IMG/VR virus record: IMGVR_UViG_3300042013_000045
Location: 1-64,000 of that record
Length of the DNA stretch: 64,000 bases
Direction: 5' to 3' (one strand)
Origin: a virus
The position numbers were made by a program, and so were the translations under genes. Shown here in pieces: positions 19,506-29,888 of the stretch; the first letter of the stretch is position 1, and each line of letters starts with the position of its first letter. The notes below the pieces were generated by a model. The model worked only from the letters and a program-made list of their open reading frames with translations. It made no database searches and was not told where the DNA came from.

Positions 19506-21575
19506 ATGCAGAATATGGCAACGACATCCATCAACGATGCGAGTTGGGTCAAGTCGTCTTTCCTGCTACCCGCTGATGCCATCCTTGGTGACGGTGGGAG
19601 TATTCGACGTATCTACTCCACGGCGATGCAGAAGGCTTCTGATACAACCCTCGGTGGTAACTTTGTCCTCAACCCGTTGCCCCAGTTCACGCGTTATGCT
19701 GACATCAAGCACAACAACACGTTCTCGGACAACCGTGGTAAAGCGACCAAGATCAATGCAGGCCGGATGCCGAAGTCCAACTCGACATCTGACAAAGCTT
19801 CAAACGGCTTAGGCCGGGTGTACAGTGAGAAGTTCGACGACAACATGCAGCGGGTTCACTTCCGTTGTGGTGTAGCGCAGTTCAACGACCTGTACTCGTA
19901 TTACACCAACTATTATTCCGTTCCTGCGGCGACCATGGCTCGTACTGGTCGAACGGCAGGGTTCTTCTACAACCTGGGTTGGGCTCTGGGTAGTGTGGCA
20001 TCGATTCCGTTGATGCCGTTCATCATGGCAGGGAAGGCGCTCAAGTTTGCATTGCGTCGACCAGCTTCGAAGTACTACTACCTCAAACCCACCATGTACC
20101 CGTATTGGCACGCCGTGTCCTCCATGGTCAACGGTCTTGCGGCTAACATGGGGATCATCCCGCGTCCTATTGCTGATAGCGCATCCATGCTCTTCGACAA
20201 AGAAGAGAAGATCAGTAAGGCTGACGTACTGGCTTTCCACAAAATGATGCCGAGTATCTACCGAGTCAACGGTGGTATCGACATCTTTGCGGTGGCACAG
20301 CGCGGACAGCGTCTGGTCAACGATCGTCGAGACTTGCTCGACGGTGAACTGGATGGTGTCGGCGATTACGGTCAAGTCCAAAAGATCATGCAAAAGCGTC
20401 TCTTCGGTGACGACTTGGCAACGGTCTACTCCAACATGAAGCAGCCGTCCTTGGAAGAGTACGGTAAGGTCTGGCGTGAATCAGCCGAGCTCGGTAAGTT
20501 CTCTGATAAGGACGTGGGGGATAGCTTCGAGAAGAGTCAGCGTGGTGACGGGGTTTGGGAGCGGGCTAAAGTCGCTTACGACTCCGAGAAGCGCATGGGT
20601 TCTGAGTTCGTTAGTTTCCGGGTGGATTACACTGGGACACAAACGGAGTCCTTCTCCAGCCAAACCAAAGAGTCTTCGATCTCCCAGCAGATCAACTCCT
20701 TGGCCGCCAGTAACCGAGAGACTCGTTTCTCGATGGCTGACGGTAACATCGATGCGACGGGGATTGCGAGTGCAGCCCTGGGCGCTTTGAAAGGGTTTGC
20801 TTCAGGGGTAGCAGAAGGGTTCGGTGTGCAGGGTCTGGCGCAACTCTCGGGTTCGGCATTCGCTGACATCCCGAAGGTGTACGACAGCTCGTCCTGCGAC
20901 TTCAACAAGACCACCTTCACCATCCCGCTCCGTTCTCCATACGGTGACCCAATGTCCCGTTTGCAGAACATCTTCGTTCCACTGTGTGCGTTGTTTGCGA
21001 TGGCGGTTCCACTGTCCACTGGTAAGCAGTCGTATACCTCCCCGTTCTTGGTGGAGTGCTTCAACCAAGGCCGTACGCACATTCGTCTGGGGATCATCTC
21101 CTCGTTCAGTGTGACGCGTGGCGTGGGTGATATAGGTTGGACGAACCAAGGACACTTCTTGGGTTGCGACGTAACCATCACGGTGGATGACTTGTCAGGT
21201 GTGATGCACATGCCGTTACAGGCAGGTTACACCATGACCGAGAAAGTGATTCAGGGCGCTGGTTACGCCATTGGTTCCATTGCAGATCAGGTCGCTGGTA
21301 CTACCACCGGCGGTGAGACAGGTTCCGCGTTGGCTTCGGCTACACTCGGTTCAACCTATGACGATGATAACGCCTACACGGATTACATGGCCATTCTCTC
21401 TGGTATGCCTCTGGAAGCTGAAATCAACACGGCACGTAAGTGGGCTGTTCGCATGGCTCGCCAACAAGCCAAGTTCGACGATCTCACCTCGCCGAACCGC
21501 ATGGTAATGTCCGCCATGTCTGGTATGACGGGCGACGTCTGGAAGGCTCTGAGTCTTTCGACCGACCGTAACTAA
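19506..21575 (+). CDS. virion tail/baseplate structural protein (phiKZ gp182-like)
   Basis: 689-aa ORF directly after the gp181-like gene. Confidence 0.7.
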   Translation: MQNMATTSINDASWVKSSFLLPADAILGDGGSIRRIYSTAMQKASDTTLGGNFVLNPLPQFTRYADIKHNNTFSDNRGKATKINAGRMPKSNSTSDKASNGLGRVYSEKFDDNMQRVHFRCGVAQFNDLYSYYTNYYSVPAATMARTGRTAGFFYNLGWALGSVASIPLMPFIMAGKALKFALRRPASKYYYLKPTMYPYWHAVSSMVNGLAANMGIIPRPIADSASMLFDKEEKISKADVLAFHKMMPSIYRVNGGIDIFAVAQRGQRLVNDRRDLLDGELDGVGDYGQVQKIMQKRLFGDDLATVYSNMKQPSLEEYGKVWRESAELGKFSDKDVGDSFEKSQRGDGVWERAKVAYDSEKRMGSEFVSFRVDYTGTQTESFSSQTKESSISQQINSLAASNRETRFSMADGNIDATGIASAALGALKGFASGVAEGFGVQGLAQLSGSAFADIPKVYDSSSCDFNKTTFTIPLRSPYGDPMSRLQNIFVPLCALFAMAVPLSTGKQSYTSPFLVECFNQGRTHIRLGIISSFSVTRGVGDIGWTNQGHFLGCDVTITVDDLSGVMHMPLQAGYTMTEKVIQGAGYAIGSIADQVAGTTTGGETGSALASATLGSTYDDDNAYTDYMAILSGMPLEAEINTARKWAVRMARQQAKFDDLTSPNRMVMSAMSGMTGDVWKALSLSTDRN

Positions 21576-21580
21576 GCAGG

Positions 21581-21623
21581 CAGCATACATCCCCGGAGCG
21601 CAGTGCTCCGGGGATGTATGCTG
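21581..21623. repeat. GC-rich palindrome at a convergent gene junction
   Basis: CAGCATACATCCCCGGAGC-gcagt-GCTCCGGGGATGTATGCTG. Confidence 0.8.
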
Positions 21624-22637
21624 TTAGCGTAGGGAAGCTACGGACAACGGGTACTGATCACGACACAGGTTGTACGTGCTGGTCAGGGGGAAGTTCACCG
21701 ACATCTGGATCGGATCACGCAACGCAGGGATGTAGGTCAGCAGCTTACGTGCATCGGTACTCATCCCAGCCAGTGCAGCCAGGTTAAAGATCGGTGCAGG
21801 ATCAACCGGACGTTTGAAGTAACACCAGTTGGCATCCATCGCCACCAATGCAGCCTGCAAGTCGACAGCCTTCTGCGGATAATCCTTGATCTCCCATTCA
21901 GGCGTGATCCGGAATGCGCTCAGGAAGTTCTTAATGTACTCCGGATTATGACCCACCACTTCATCAGGGGTCAGGATGTCTACCATCACCTCGTGGGATT
22001 CAAGACTGCCTTGGTTCATAACCGTGTCGGAGGCGTACACCATCGACCAGTGCATGACTTCAGCATCGACGTTAGGTTGCAACGAGTACGTGATGTCCGG
22101 GTAGTCGTATTTGACAGCCGAACTGATCGCAGAACCCCAAACCGCAGACTCCATGCCGATGTCAATGGCGGTCAGGATCGTAGGGTTGCCTGTAAGGCCT
22201 CCAGCAAGCCCTAGGAGCTGTTTAAGGCCGCCGTCCTTATCACCGGTCATTACTCGGGTCACGCCGTCGGAGGACACCTTAACCTTGTCCATAACCTCAG
22301 GGCTTACACCCATGTACTCAGCAGCCCCGTCCATCAACGGGCCACCGTATTCCGCCATCAGGGCTTGCTTGTTGATCCCCCACCCCTGAAGACCTTGAGC
22401 CAACAACTCTTTACCACTGACGCCGGACTGCTTGAGTTGAATGAGGTTAGTCACCCCGTTAAGGATACCCTGCTTACCCCCAGCAAAGTTGATGAGGTTC
22501 TTCCCCACGTTCTTCGCAGCTTCGAATACCTTGTTGACGGGGACGGAGTTTGTGATCTTGTAGACGTCCTGTGTGACCAGTTCTTCTTTGCCATTGGTTT
22601 TAAACAGGGGTGTGGAAATCAGAGACATCTTGGTCAC
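21624..22637 (-). CDS. hypothetical protein, possibly virion structural
   Basis: 337-aa ORF with no recognised motif. Confidence 0.6.
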   Translation of the reverse strand: MTKMSLISTPLFKTNGKEELVTQDVYKITNSVPVNKVFEAAKNVGKNLINFAGGKQGILNGVTNLIQLKQSGVSGKELLAQGLQGWGINKQALMAEYGGPLMDGAAEYMGVSPEVMDKVKVSSDGVTRVMTGDKDGGLKQLLGLAGGLTGNPTILTAIDIGMESAVWGSAISSAVKYDYPDITYSLQPNVDAEVMHWSMVYASDTVMNQGSLESHEVMVDILTPDEVVGHNPEYIKNFLSAFRITPEWEIKDYPQKAVDLQAALVAMDANWCYFKRPVDPAPIFNLAALAGMSTDARKLLTYIPALRDPIQMSVNFPLTSTYNLCRDQYPLSVASLR

Positions 22638-22639
22638 CC

Positions 22640-22691
22640 AAAAAGAAAGAAAAAAGAAAGGTACACCATGAGGGGATCACTCCCCTCATGG
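22640..22691 (-). terminator. intrinsic terminator
   Basis: CCATGAGGGG/CCCCTCATGG hairpin with a long T-rich tract on the minus strand. Confidence 0.75.
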
Positions 22692-22704
22692 CATCAGCCG
22701 AACC

Positions 22705-23280
22705 TTACTTTGCAGCAGGCTCTTGTTCGCGCTCTGGCTGATCTTTGACCCGATCGATGTACTCGATCAGTTCATTCTTGATCACATCCAGATTGCCGCT
22801 AGCCAGCAGCGTTTCACGCAGGGTCTGCCAGAACTCGATCTGCCATTCATGGCGTTTCGGTACGTGGATGGCCCCGCCGAAGTTGTAGTAGTGCACCAGC
22901 GGCAACGTGTTGTTGATCAGCTCTTGTTGCAGCTGAGGGTTCTTCGCCAGTTTCTCCACCATGCCCAGTTTGAACATTTTGGTGAACAGGGTGAAGTGGA
23001 CGGTCTCGAGCTCTTTGCCCTTCTTGCGGGAATCGTGACCGTTCATGACGCGGAACAGGTCTTGATTGCAGCCGGTCTTCAGGAAGTGCCACAGGCCTTC
23101 AAGGGTACGGAAGCGACCGTAGTAAGGGTGTTCAATGTTGCATTCCTGGAAGTTGCTGAGATCGCGTCCCAGTTTGACACGACCGCGGGTAAACACGTTG
23201 ATGTGTGTCTTACCATCTTCTTCGGGGTCAAACGTTGCTGTCACAGCGACAGCGATCTTCGAAAGGTTGGGGGTGGTCAT
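22705..23280 (-). CDS. possible NADAR/YbiA-like protein
   Basis: LSNF, FRTLEG and KLAKNPQLQQELI pattern. ATG 23280 has an AGGA RBS. Confidence 0.45.
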   Translation of the reverse strand: MTTPNLSKIAVAVTATFDPEEDGKTHINVFTRGRVKLGRDLSNFQECNIEHPYYGRFRTLEGLWHFLKTGCNQDLFRVMNGHDSRKKGKELETVHFTLFTKMFKLGMVEKLAKNPQLQQELINNTLPLVHYYNFGGAIHVPKRHEWQIEFWQTLRETLLASGNLDVIKNELIEYIDRVKDQPEREQEPAAK

Positions 23281-23311
23281 AATGAGTTTTCCTGGTACAA
23301 ATGCGGTTAAG

Positions 23312-23791
23312 TTATTCGTCATCTGGAGCATGATCGACGCCATCATCTGGATCTTCGAATTTGCCATCCATGAAGGACGGATCAAGTTCTTCAGTTGACT
23401 TGCGGTTTGTAAGACTGTCGATTTCGGCCAGCGGATTCTTTACGAACCCAGTGTCAACAGTGGTAGTAGTTCCGCCGCGCCATTCCATATCAATGGTGAT
23501 GCGATAACGAATGGGCCCAATAACCTGCACCGCCTTTTGGAACGTCTTCCATGTCATGCTCGACCGAGAGATGGCACGATTGAAGTTATTACGTTCTTGA
23601 CCAATGTCTTTCGCGTTCTTTGGTACCCTTGAGAACGGAGACTGGAGGAACATGGTCAAACGGCGGTTCCACATCTGAGAACCGATGTCTCGGCTCTCTA
23701 AAATCTTACGAAAGAGTTTCGTTAATGGATTGGCTGCCTCGTTGACGAGTTTATCGTCTGCCTCCATCATCCTGCGTTGCTCTTTGCTCAT
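23312..23791 (-). CDS. hypothetical protein
   Basis: 159-aa ORF, basic core with acidic tail. Confidence 0.65.
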   Translation of the reverse strand: MSKEQRRMMEADDKLVNEAANPLTKLFRKILESRDIGSQMWNRRLTMFLQSPFSRVPKNAKDIGQERNNFNRAISRSSMTWKTFQKAVQVIGPIRYRITIDMEWRGGTTTTVDTGFVKNPLAEIDSLTNRKSTEELDPSFMDGKFEDPDDGVDHAPDDE

Positions 23792-23826
23792 GAGTGTGAT
23801 CCATTAGGTTGATAGCACTGGGAATG

Positions 23827-24306
23827 TCAGTTACATGCGGTCTTGATACCGGTAAGGATCGAGTCCACATCTCTCAGCACGGAGTTGTACATACGTTGAT
23901 AATAGTCGCGGTCTTCTTCTGGCAACTTATTGAAGCCAGAGACGATGCGCTTCATCCGGGGTTTATTATCAGCAAACCATGCTTTCATGTCGACCACGTA
24001 ACCCGCTTCGGTCATGTAGTCGTCGAGGACATAAAAGTCTTCAACGCGTACAGCCGATTTCCAAGCCTCTGGAACGTAAGCTTCGGTGTCGACGATGCGG
24101 CCACACTCTGCGAGCCACTCACTTAATTGCTTAGGTGATTTGCTGGAGAGCTTGAGGCGAACCGTCATGGCGCTACGCACGCTGTATCGTTTGATTACTT
24201 CATCGGTGAGTACTCCTAGGTTGAATTCAATACGGGAATGAATGTCTTCGGGGATTTGAACTTCGGGTTTAGCGAACCCAAAGAAGTCCTTAACTGCGTT
24301 CCACAT
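23827..24306 (-). CDS. hypothetical protein
   Basis: 159-aa ORF with an AAGGGA RBS. Confidence 0.65.
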   Translation of the reverse strand: MWNAVKDFFGFAKPEVQIPEDIHSRIEFNLGVLTDEVIKRYSVRSAMTVRLKLSSKSPKQLSEWLAECGRIVDTEAYVPEAWKSAVRVEDFYVLDDYMTEAGYVVDMKAWFADNKPRMKRIVSGFNKLPEEDRDYYQRMYNSVLRDVDSILTGIKTACN

Positions 24307-24382
24307 GGATAGTATCCCTTGCTTCGAAAGGGTTTTACTGGGGGATTCTATGATTAACTGCCGTTTTCACGGGGATACCGAA

Positions 24383-24928
24383 ATGACCAATGAAATCAAT
24401 CCGGTCCTTGAGGGAGATTACCTGCCAATCGACAAATTCTCGGTGGTAGATAAAGCTCCAGTTACCGTTGACCATTCTACAGAACCTGCTGATGTCATTA
24501 AGACTACGCAGAGTATTCGCCTTAAAATTCTGGCGAGTCGTCTGTCGAAGGGGATCAACGATGATGCCAAGGAACTGAATCTCGACTTACAACTGTTGCG
24601 TGACCTTGACCAAGCCGCTCTCACCACTCGTAAGATCGACGTGGAAGAACGTGCTGTCAACGAGTCTGAACGCGTCAGCGAACAAACGAACGCCTTGCTC
24701 AAGATGCTGGATGGCAAGAACCCATTTGCTGTGGATCTCACCACAGGCTCCGTGCGTGCTGACCTCAGTGGTCGTCCGCGTGAAGCAGCCTTGCCAGAAC
24801 CAGTCATCGTACCGGGCCACATGCGCCAAGGTACCGAGAACCTCAACTACGCTGACTACGTCAACGACCCTGACGATGATTCGGACAGGTTGGGTGACGG
24901 AGACGAGGAAGAGGAAGAAGAGTTGTAA
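24383..24928 (+). CDS. hypothetical protein with acidic tail
   Basis: ATG after GGGGA and typical codon bias. Its 3' end overlaps the convergent gene. Confidence 0.65.
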   Translation: MTNEINPVLEGDYLPIDKFSVVDKAPVTVDHSTEPADVIKTTQSIRLKILASRLSKGINDDAKELNLDLQLLRDLDQAALTTRKIDVEERAVNESERVSEQTNALLKMLDGKNPFAVDLTTGSVRADLSGRPREAALPEPVIVPGHMRQGTENLNYADYVNDPDDDSDRLGDGDEEEEEEL

Positions 24929-25656
24929 CTGCCCGGTGTAAAGAAGCAGAAGTCCACCACAGGCAAATGCTCGAGGTGAATGAACTCTTCCAGCACCATG
25001 GCATGCAGACTCGGTTTGTCCAGCTTGTTCAACGATTCGTCATCCTCAATGTCATACTCCTCCGGCGCACTGATGTGTAGCCGGGGGAGTATGACCGTCA
25101 TCTCGTTAGCTCGCCGGAACAATAGCTCCTCAGCGTGCACACGAAACCACGCGTCGAAGTCGTACGTGACCCAGCCATTGAACATGGCTTTGAATTCAGT
25201 AGGACCTAGTTTCTGCGTGTTGATCCGACGGGAGTTGATGTGCACGATCGGAGGGATCAGTACGCCGAGCACTTCCACCATGGCTTCAATCACCGGACCA
25301 GGCAAGATGTACGGCCATGTGTTGAGCGTGATGGTCACCCGTGTCACGTTCACACCACGTTCGATTCGCTCCATGAGCGTTTCGATGTGAGTGATCAGGA
25401 CAATAGGTATCCCAGTAACAATGCTCTTTTTAAGCGTGTCCAGATCGCGCTTGGCGTAAGCTTTTTGAAACTCCTCGTTTGTAACCATGCCATTGGTGAG
25501 GGTCTCGAAGTCATCAAGCTCTCGGATTTGGTATCCATTACGAACCGCCTGAAGTGCTGCTTCTCCATTAAGCTGCAAGAGAGTGCCGAACCGTGTGTCG
25601 TACAGTGCGTCAATGTCTAGCAGCAGCCTATGCTCCTGGTCATCGCTGGGATTCAT
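24856..25656 (-). CDS. conserved phiKZ-like hypothetical protein
   Basis: 266 aa with N-terminal LLLDIDALYDTR (DxD motif). Confidence 0.65.
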   Translation of the reverse strand: MNPSDDQEHRLLLDIDALYDTRFGTLLQLNGEAALQAVRNGYQIRELDDFETLTNGMVTNEEFQKAYAKRDLDTLKKSIVTGIPIVLITHIETLMERIERGVNVTRVTITLNTWPYILPGPVIEAMVEVLGVLIPPIVHINSRRINTQKLGPTEFKAMFNGWVTYDFDAWFRVHAEELLFRRANEMTVILPRLHISAPEEYDIEDDESLNKLDKPSLHAMVLEEFIHLEHLPVVDFCFFTPGSYNSSSSSSSPSPNLSESSSGSLT

Positions 25657-26219
25657 GTGTCCTTATCTCCAGTAGATGATGTAGGGCCGAAAACAAGTGG
25701 ATCTTCGCTGAACTCCAGCGGAGAGATGCTGAGGATATAAACGAAGAGAGTCCACGGAGTGTCGGTGAACACACTCTGCAAGAAAGCTGGGTCAGCCGCA
25801 CGTTCCTTCAACTCACCGTCGATCAGCTTCGCTTTGAACGGCCAGCATAAAGCGTAAGCCAGATCGGACATGAAGGTCTCTTTGTGAGCAGATGCCATGT
25901 CAACGATCATGTTCATGTATGCGGTGCCGTTGAGAACGTAGTCCACGATGTTCTCGTTGACCTTGGCTGGAGCCTCAGGCATTTCACCTTCTTCTGTCCC
26001 CAGACTGCCTGGCATGATGTTCTGCCAGATCTCCGCGACCTTGTCTTCCGTGGCGATCAGACCCCAACGGATCATCCTGCACTCCCCCACAAAGACTTCC
26101 AGCTCACTGACGAACTCAGGGTTGAAATGTGCACGGGTACGGTCAGACGCAAAAATACGATGCCACTGGGTAGCGGCATCGACAAGGTTGCGGAGGTTTA
26201 CATTGCTTTGTGCAGCCAT
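25653..26219 (-). CDS. hypothetical protein
   Basis: 188-aa ORF coupled to its neighbours. Confidence 0.65.
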   Translation of the reverse strand: MAAQSNVNLRNLVDAATQWHRIFASDRTRAHFNPEFVSELEVFVGECRMIRWGLIATEDKVAEIWQNIMPGSLGTEEGEMPEAPAKVNENIVDYVLNGTAYMNMIVDMASAHKETFMSDLAYALCWPFKAKLIDGELKERAADPAFLQSVFTDTPWTLFVYILSISPLEFSEDPLVFGPTSSTGDKDT

Positions 26220-26221
26220 TG

Positions 26222-26926
26222 TTAAACCTCGTCGAGATTGGTATCCAGTAGCATGCCGCGGAACAAGATGGCAGTGTTACTGGTAGCTTTGGTGACTTGG
26301 CCATCCACAGTGACGTCGTCAATGCTGGCTTCACCGTGTTCAATCAGTTGCCGGTCGAACTCAAGCTGAGCGCCTTCGTCGCCGCCACGAATCTTGATCT
26401 CTTCGATCAGTGTCATTTCAAGGTTCTGAGCCAGTTGGGCCTGAACCTCTGGGAAGGAGATCTTCGACCCCTTCGATTTCCCTGTAACCTGCCCAGACAT
26501 CTCATCAACGTGACGAGCATCCTCAGGGATAGAGGACTTCTTAGTCAGCATCTGTGCTTGACGTCGCACTATCATATCCAAGACTGGATATTCATTCGGG
26601 GTCAAGTACACTGCGCCCGTTTGAGGGTCAGTGATCCACAGACGCTGGAAAAGTTTGAGACCGACCATCTCAGCCACGAGCATCAGATTGTCCATCGTGA
26701 TACGGGTGCTGTCCATTGGTGGTGACACAAATGGAATGATCTCTTGTTGTTCACGCTCAACGTCGTCTTTAGGCTTTCTGAGTGACCGAACGTACTGGTC
26801 GAACTCAACGTCGTTCATGGCGTCAAGCCGCTCGCGGGTTACTGTAGGGTTGTAGGGATCGCCTGGGATTACCATGGAGATACCATTCACGATGAAATCA
26901 GTTACCTGCTTGCGAGTAACAGCCAT
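26222..26926 (-). CDS. virion RNA polymerase beta subunit, C-terminal part (phiKZ gp149-like)
   Basis: RRQAQMLTKK...SGQVTGKSKGSKISFPEVQ...IKIRGGD corresponds to the conserved C-terminal region of beta. Confidence 0.75.
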   Translation of the reverse strand: MAVTRKQVTDFIVNGISMVIPGDPYNPTVTRERLDAMNDVEFDQYVRSLRKPKDDVEREQQEIIPFVSPPMDSTRITMDNLMLVAEMVGLKLFQRLWITDPQTGAVYLTPNEYPVLDMIVRRQAQMLTKKSSIPEDARHVDEMSGQVTGKSKGSKISFPEVQAQLAQNLEMTLIEEIKIRGGDEGAQLEFDRQLIEHGEASIDDVTVDGQVTKATSNTAILFRGMLLDTNLDEV

Positions 26927-26930
26927 GACA

Positions 26931-27218
26931 TTAGCCTCGTGGCAGATCGTTATCGAGGATCACTTCCAGTACCAGCTTCTTGAAGTGACGCAGCCAGTCT
27001 TCTGGGCTGATGTCGTCGATCAGGCAGGTGCGGGCCGAGATGGTGCTGATGTTCAGCCGGGACAGCTCATCGCGCCAGTAGCGGTTCAGTTCACGCAGTA
27101 CGCCGGGGGTATCGTCGCTGCGTTGGACGAAGGCGCGAGTGAATCGCATAGCGGCCGCAGGGTTGGAGACAGCAATAGCATCAGCTACGCTCCCTACCAG
27201 GTTATCTACTTGAGACAT
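26931..27218 (-). CDS. hypothetical protein
   Basis: 95-aa ORF with a GAGGA RBS. Confidence 0.65.
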   Translation of the reverse strand: MSQVDNLVGSVADAIAVSNPAAAMRFTRAFVQRSDDTPGVLRELNRYWRDELSRLNISTISARTCLIDDISPEDWLRHFKKLVLEVILDNDLPRG

Positions 27219-27244
27219 GTTGTGTTCCTCGTGTGTGGGGGATA

Positions 27245-27267
27245 ACCGGACTGAAAGACAGTCCGGT
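27245..27267. terminator. hairpin after uvsX
   Basis: ACCGGACTG-aaaga-CAGTCCGGT. Confidence 0.45.
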
Positions 27268-27297
27268 CTCAGATTATTGGTACGAACGCTTTATTGA

Positions 27298-28926
27298 TTA
27301 CGCGGCTTGGGCAGTACGGGCGGCTTTGTTAGCCATCTTGGCAGCCAGTGCAGCCTTCAATGCAGCAGGGTTTACAACAGCGGTCACAGCTTCAGCGCCG
27401 GCGGCTTCAGCAGTGGTAGCCACTTGTGCCGAACCTAGGCTCACTTGAGCTTTGGTCAGGCTGTGTGGGTTACCAGCCTGCTTGTCCTTCAAGGCCTTGG
27501 CCTCGTCGTACCAGTAAGGGTGGTAGGTGCCAGCACGGATGTTCAACATGTCCATGGACGAGAGGAACGGGTACTTCTGGTCGGACTCTTCTTCCAATGG
27601 AACCCAGTAACCGCGGGTGTCCATCAGCAGTTCCCAGTCATAGCCCTTGGCAGTGATGTCGTTGTACAGCTCACGTGGGTGGCAGTACAGACCTTCTTCC
27701 ATGTCGTGCCACAGGTTACGCATCATGCACAGCTCGGCTGTGATGTTCATGGCGCGAGCCAAGCGGTAGTCGTCTTCCAACAGGGAACGAACCGTGGTGC
27801 GTTGCAGGATGCGCTCTGGATAGAGGTCCAGGCGGTAGTACTGCTTGCCTTTGGCGTTCTTGCCTTCTTTGTCGCTGATGCCGTAGTAGTCGTAGCCTTT
27901 GCAGTAGTTGAACTCGGTCAGCTCTGGCTTGACGCCTTCGGACTGAGACACCACCACGTCGTACGGGATGCCGGACGGACCAGACTTACCACGCAGGTTC
28001 ACCAACGTGATGCAGATCAGGTCAGTGTCGCCTTTGAGATCGTCGTCGCTGTTGCGAGGGTACTCTGGCATCTTGTCGTTGAGCATCGGCGACAAGTGTA
28101 CGCAGTACCAGCAGTTCGCAGTCAGGAAGCTGAAGTTCTCTGGAACCTTCTTGAGCTTGAGGTCGCCCTTGAGGAACTTGAGCTTCTTCACGTTCGGCTT
28201 GTACATGTCCAGCTGGTATTCCTGACCGACGTGTGCGGTCATCAGCAGGTGTACGCCGGAGGAGCTGGTCACACCAGTCACTTGGTCGATCAGCTGCGAC
28301 TTGGCACCGGCGCCTTTCATGGCCACCATGTTCAAGTCTTTGTGGCCTACGTCAGACTTCTCGTACATCGCCATGATGCCTTCAGTCTGAAGACCCGACA
28401 GCGAATCGAGGAAGGCCAGCGTAGGCGTAGGGATCTTGACGTACTCGCCAGTGGAATCGTCCACGAACGGCGTAGTGATCATGATCTCTTTGTCAGAGCG
28501 ACGGTCGGCGGAGTATTCACGGATGAAGTTCCACCACTCGTTACCGTTGTAGACCGTGGCATCAGAGAACGCCAGACGGCACAGGTCAACGAGGTCTTTA
28601 CCGAACAAGTTCTCGAATTGACTGAAGATGTCATGGATACGCTTGACGGAGAGTGTGTTCTCGGAGTCGTGCGCCATCATGATGGCACAGGCAATCCGGT
28701 TCATGACAGAACCCAGCTGGAATAGCGAGATTACCGTCTTGAACATGTTGGGCAGACCCGCTACCCCGGTGAAATGATTGAGACCGCCGCAGAGAATGTG
28801 CTCACCTCTCCGGCCTTTGTAGAACTTACCGGTCTGGATGTCAAACCCAGCACCAATGTTCCACATAGGACGCAACGAGGGGGCTTTCTTCATTTTGGCA
28901 AAGGGATCTTTCATGTGTTGCTCCAT
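27298..28926 (-). CDS. uvsX: UvsX/RecA-like recombinase (phiKZ gp152-like)
   Basis: Walker A-like GLPNMFKT, HDSE, Walker B AFLDS and the downstream TAHVG motif. Confidence 0.8.
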   Translation of the reverse strand: MEQHMKDPFAKMKKAPSLRPMWNIGAGFDIQTGKFYKGRRGEHILCGGLNHFTGVAGLPNMFKTVISLFQLGSVMNRIACAIMMAHDSENTLSVKRIHDIFSQFENLFGKDLVDLCRLAFSDATVYNGNEWWNFIREYSADRRSDKEIMITTPFVDDSTGEYVKIPTPTLAFLDSLSGLQTEGIMAMYEKSDVGHKDLNMVAMKGAGAKSQLIDQVTGVTSSSGVHLLMTAHVGQEYQLDMYKPNVKKLKFLKGDLKLKKVPENFSFLTANCWYCVHLSPMLNDKMPEYPRNSDDDLKGDTDLICITLVNLRGKSGPSGIPYDVVVSQSEGVKPELTEFNYCKGYDYYGISDKEGKNAKGKQYYRLDLYPERILQRTTVRSLLEDDYRLARAMNITAELCMMRNLWHDMEEGLYCHPRELYNDITAKGYDWELLMDTRGYWVPLEEESDQKYPFLSSMDMLNIRAGTYHPYWYDEAKALKDKQAGNPHSLTKAQVSLGSAQVATTAEAAGAEAVTAVVNPAALKAALAAKMANKAARTAQAA

Positions 28927-29000
28927 GTTATAGACACCTCAACGAGAGGTTAGTGCAAACGATATGAACGAATACTTTCTTTTAACCCGGAGTCATCCTG

Positions 29001-29837
29001 ATGCAAGATAATCTCTACCCCGAATTTGACCATGTCTCCCTTGAAGAGCTGGGGCGTCTGGTCAATGTAGTGTCTCTGGAGTCTGCTGCTTCCCCGCAGT
29101 TCTTCATGGACACCAAGGCTCGTTTTACACAGTTCTTCGGCAAGGCTGACTCTTTCTTCAAACACTTGAAGTTTGAAGTGCTTGGCGTGGGTAAAGTTGA
29201 CGCGTCGCCAATGATGCGTTCGATCAACAAAGTGGGGTTCGTGGATTCGTCTGAGAAGCCTGTGGTCGTGCCACAAGGTTTCATCGGTCTGTGGGTGCCT
29301 TACGCTGCCGACCTGTACGACGCCATGAAAGCATCGGGTCGTCTCACGCAGATCACCTCTGACTTCAACACCTGTCTCGGCAAGTTGGTAAGCGATCCTG
29401 AGCTGCTCAAGAGCGTCAACGGCATTCCGTACACCGGTGCTTACGATGTGGGTCTGTACGGCAAGATGGAAGTCCTCAACAAGAAGTACTTCGAGGTCAA
29501 CAACGAATCCATCACCCGTCCTCTGAGCGGCGTGTTGGAACGTGTGGCCGACATCCCGCTGGTGCAGAACACCGTCAACGACTGCGCCTCCTTCGACCGC
29601 TCCAACCCAGCAGCCATCATCATCAAGGCCATTGGTCGTTCGATGGAGATGAGCCGTCGTTTGATGCCTATGCTGGAAGACGGTGATGGCCAAGTGTCCA
29701 AGCCAGTGCGTGAGCAACTGATCGCCCTGACCTACTCCATCGCCAAAGAGGTCGAAGCATACTCGATCCTTCTGTACCGTCTGCGTCAGTTCAAACTGAG
29801 CGTAGAAGAAAGCGTGCGTGCAATCGACAAGGCGTGA
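29001..29837 (+). CDS. virion head protein (gp153-like)
   Basis: N-terminal VSLEE and VSLES protease sites. Confidence 0.65.
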   Translation: MQDNLYPEFDHVSLEELGRLVNVVSLESAASPQFFMDTKARFTQFFGKADSFFKHLKFEVLGVGKVDASPMMRSINKVGFVDSSEKPVVVPQGFIGLWVPYAADLYDAMKASGRLTQITSDFNTCLGKLVSDPELLKSVNGIPYTGAYDVGLYGKMEVLNKKYFEVNNESITRPLSGVLERVADIPLVQNTVNDCASFDRSNPAAIIIKAIGRSMEMSRRLMPMLEDGDGQVSKPVREQLIALTYSIAKEVEAYSILLYRLRQFKLSVEESVRAIDKA

Positions 29838-29842
29838 TAGCC

Positions 29843-29883
29843 GCATAGACGATGGGAGCAGCATGCGCTGCTCCCATCTATGC
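29843..29883. repeat. palindrome at a convergent gene junction
   Basis: GCATAGAcgATGGGAGCAGC...GCTGCTCCCATCTATGC. Confidence 0.7.
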
Positions 29884-29888
29884 CGTAC

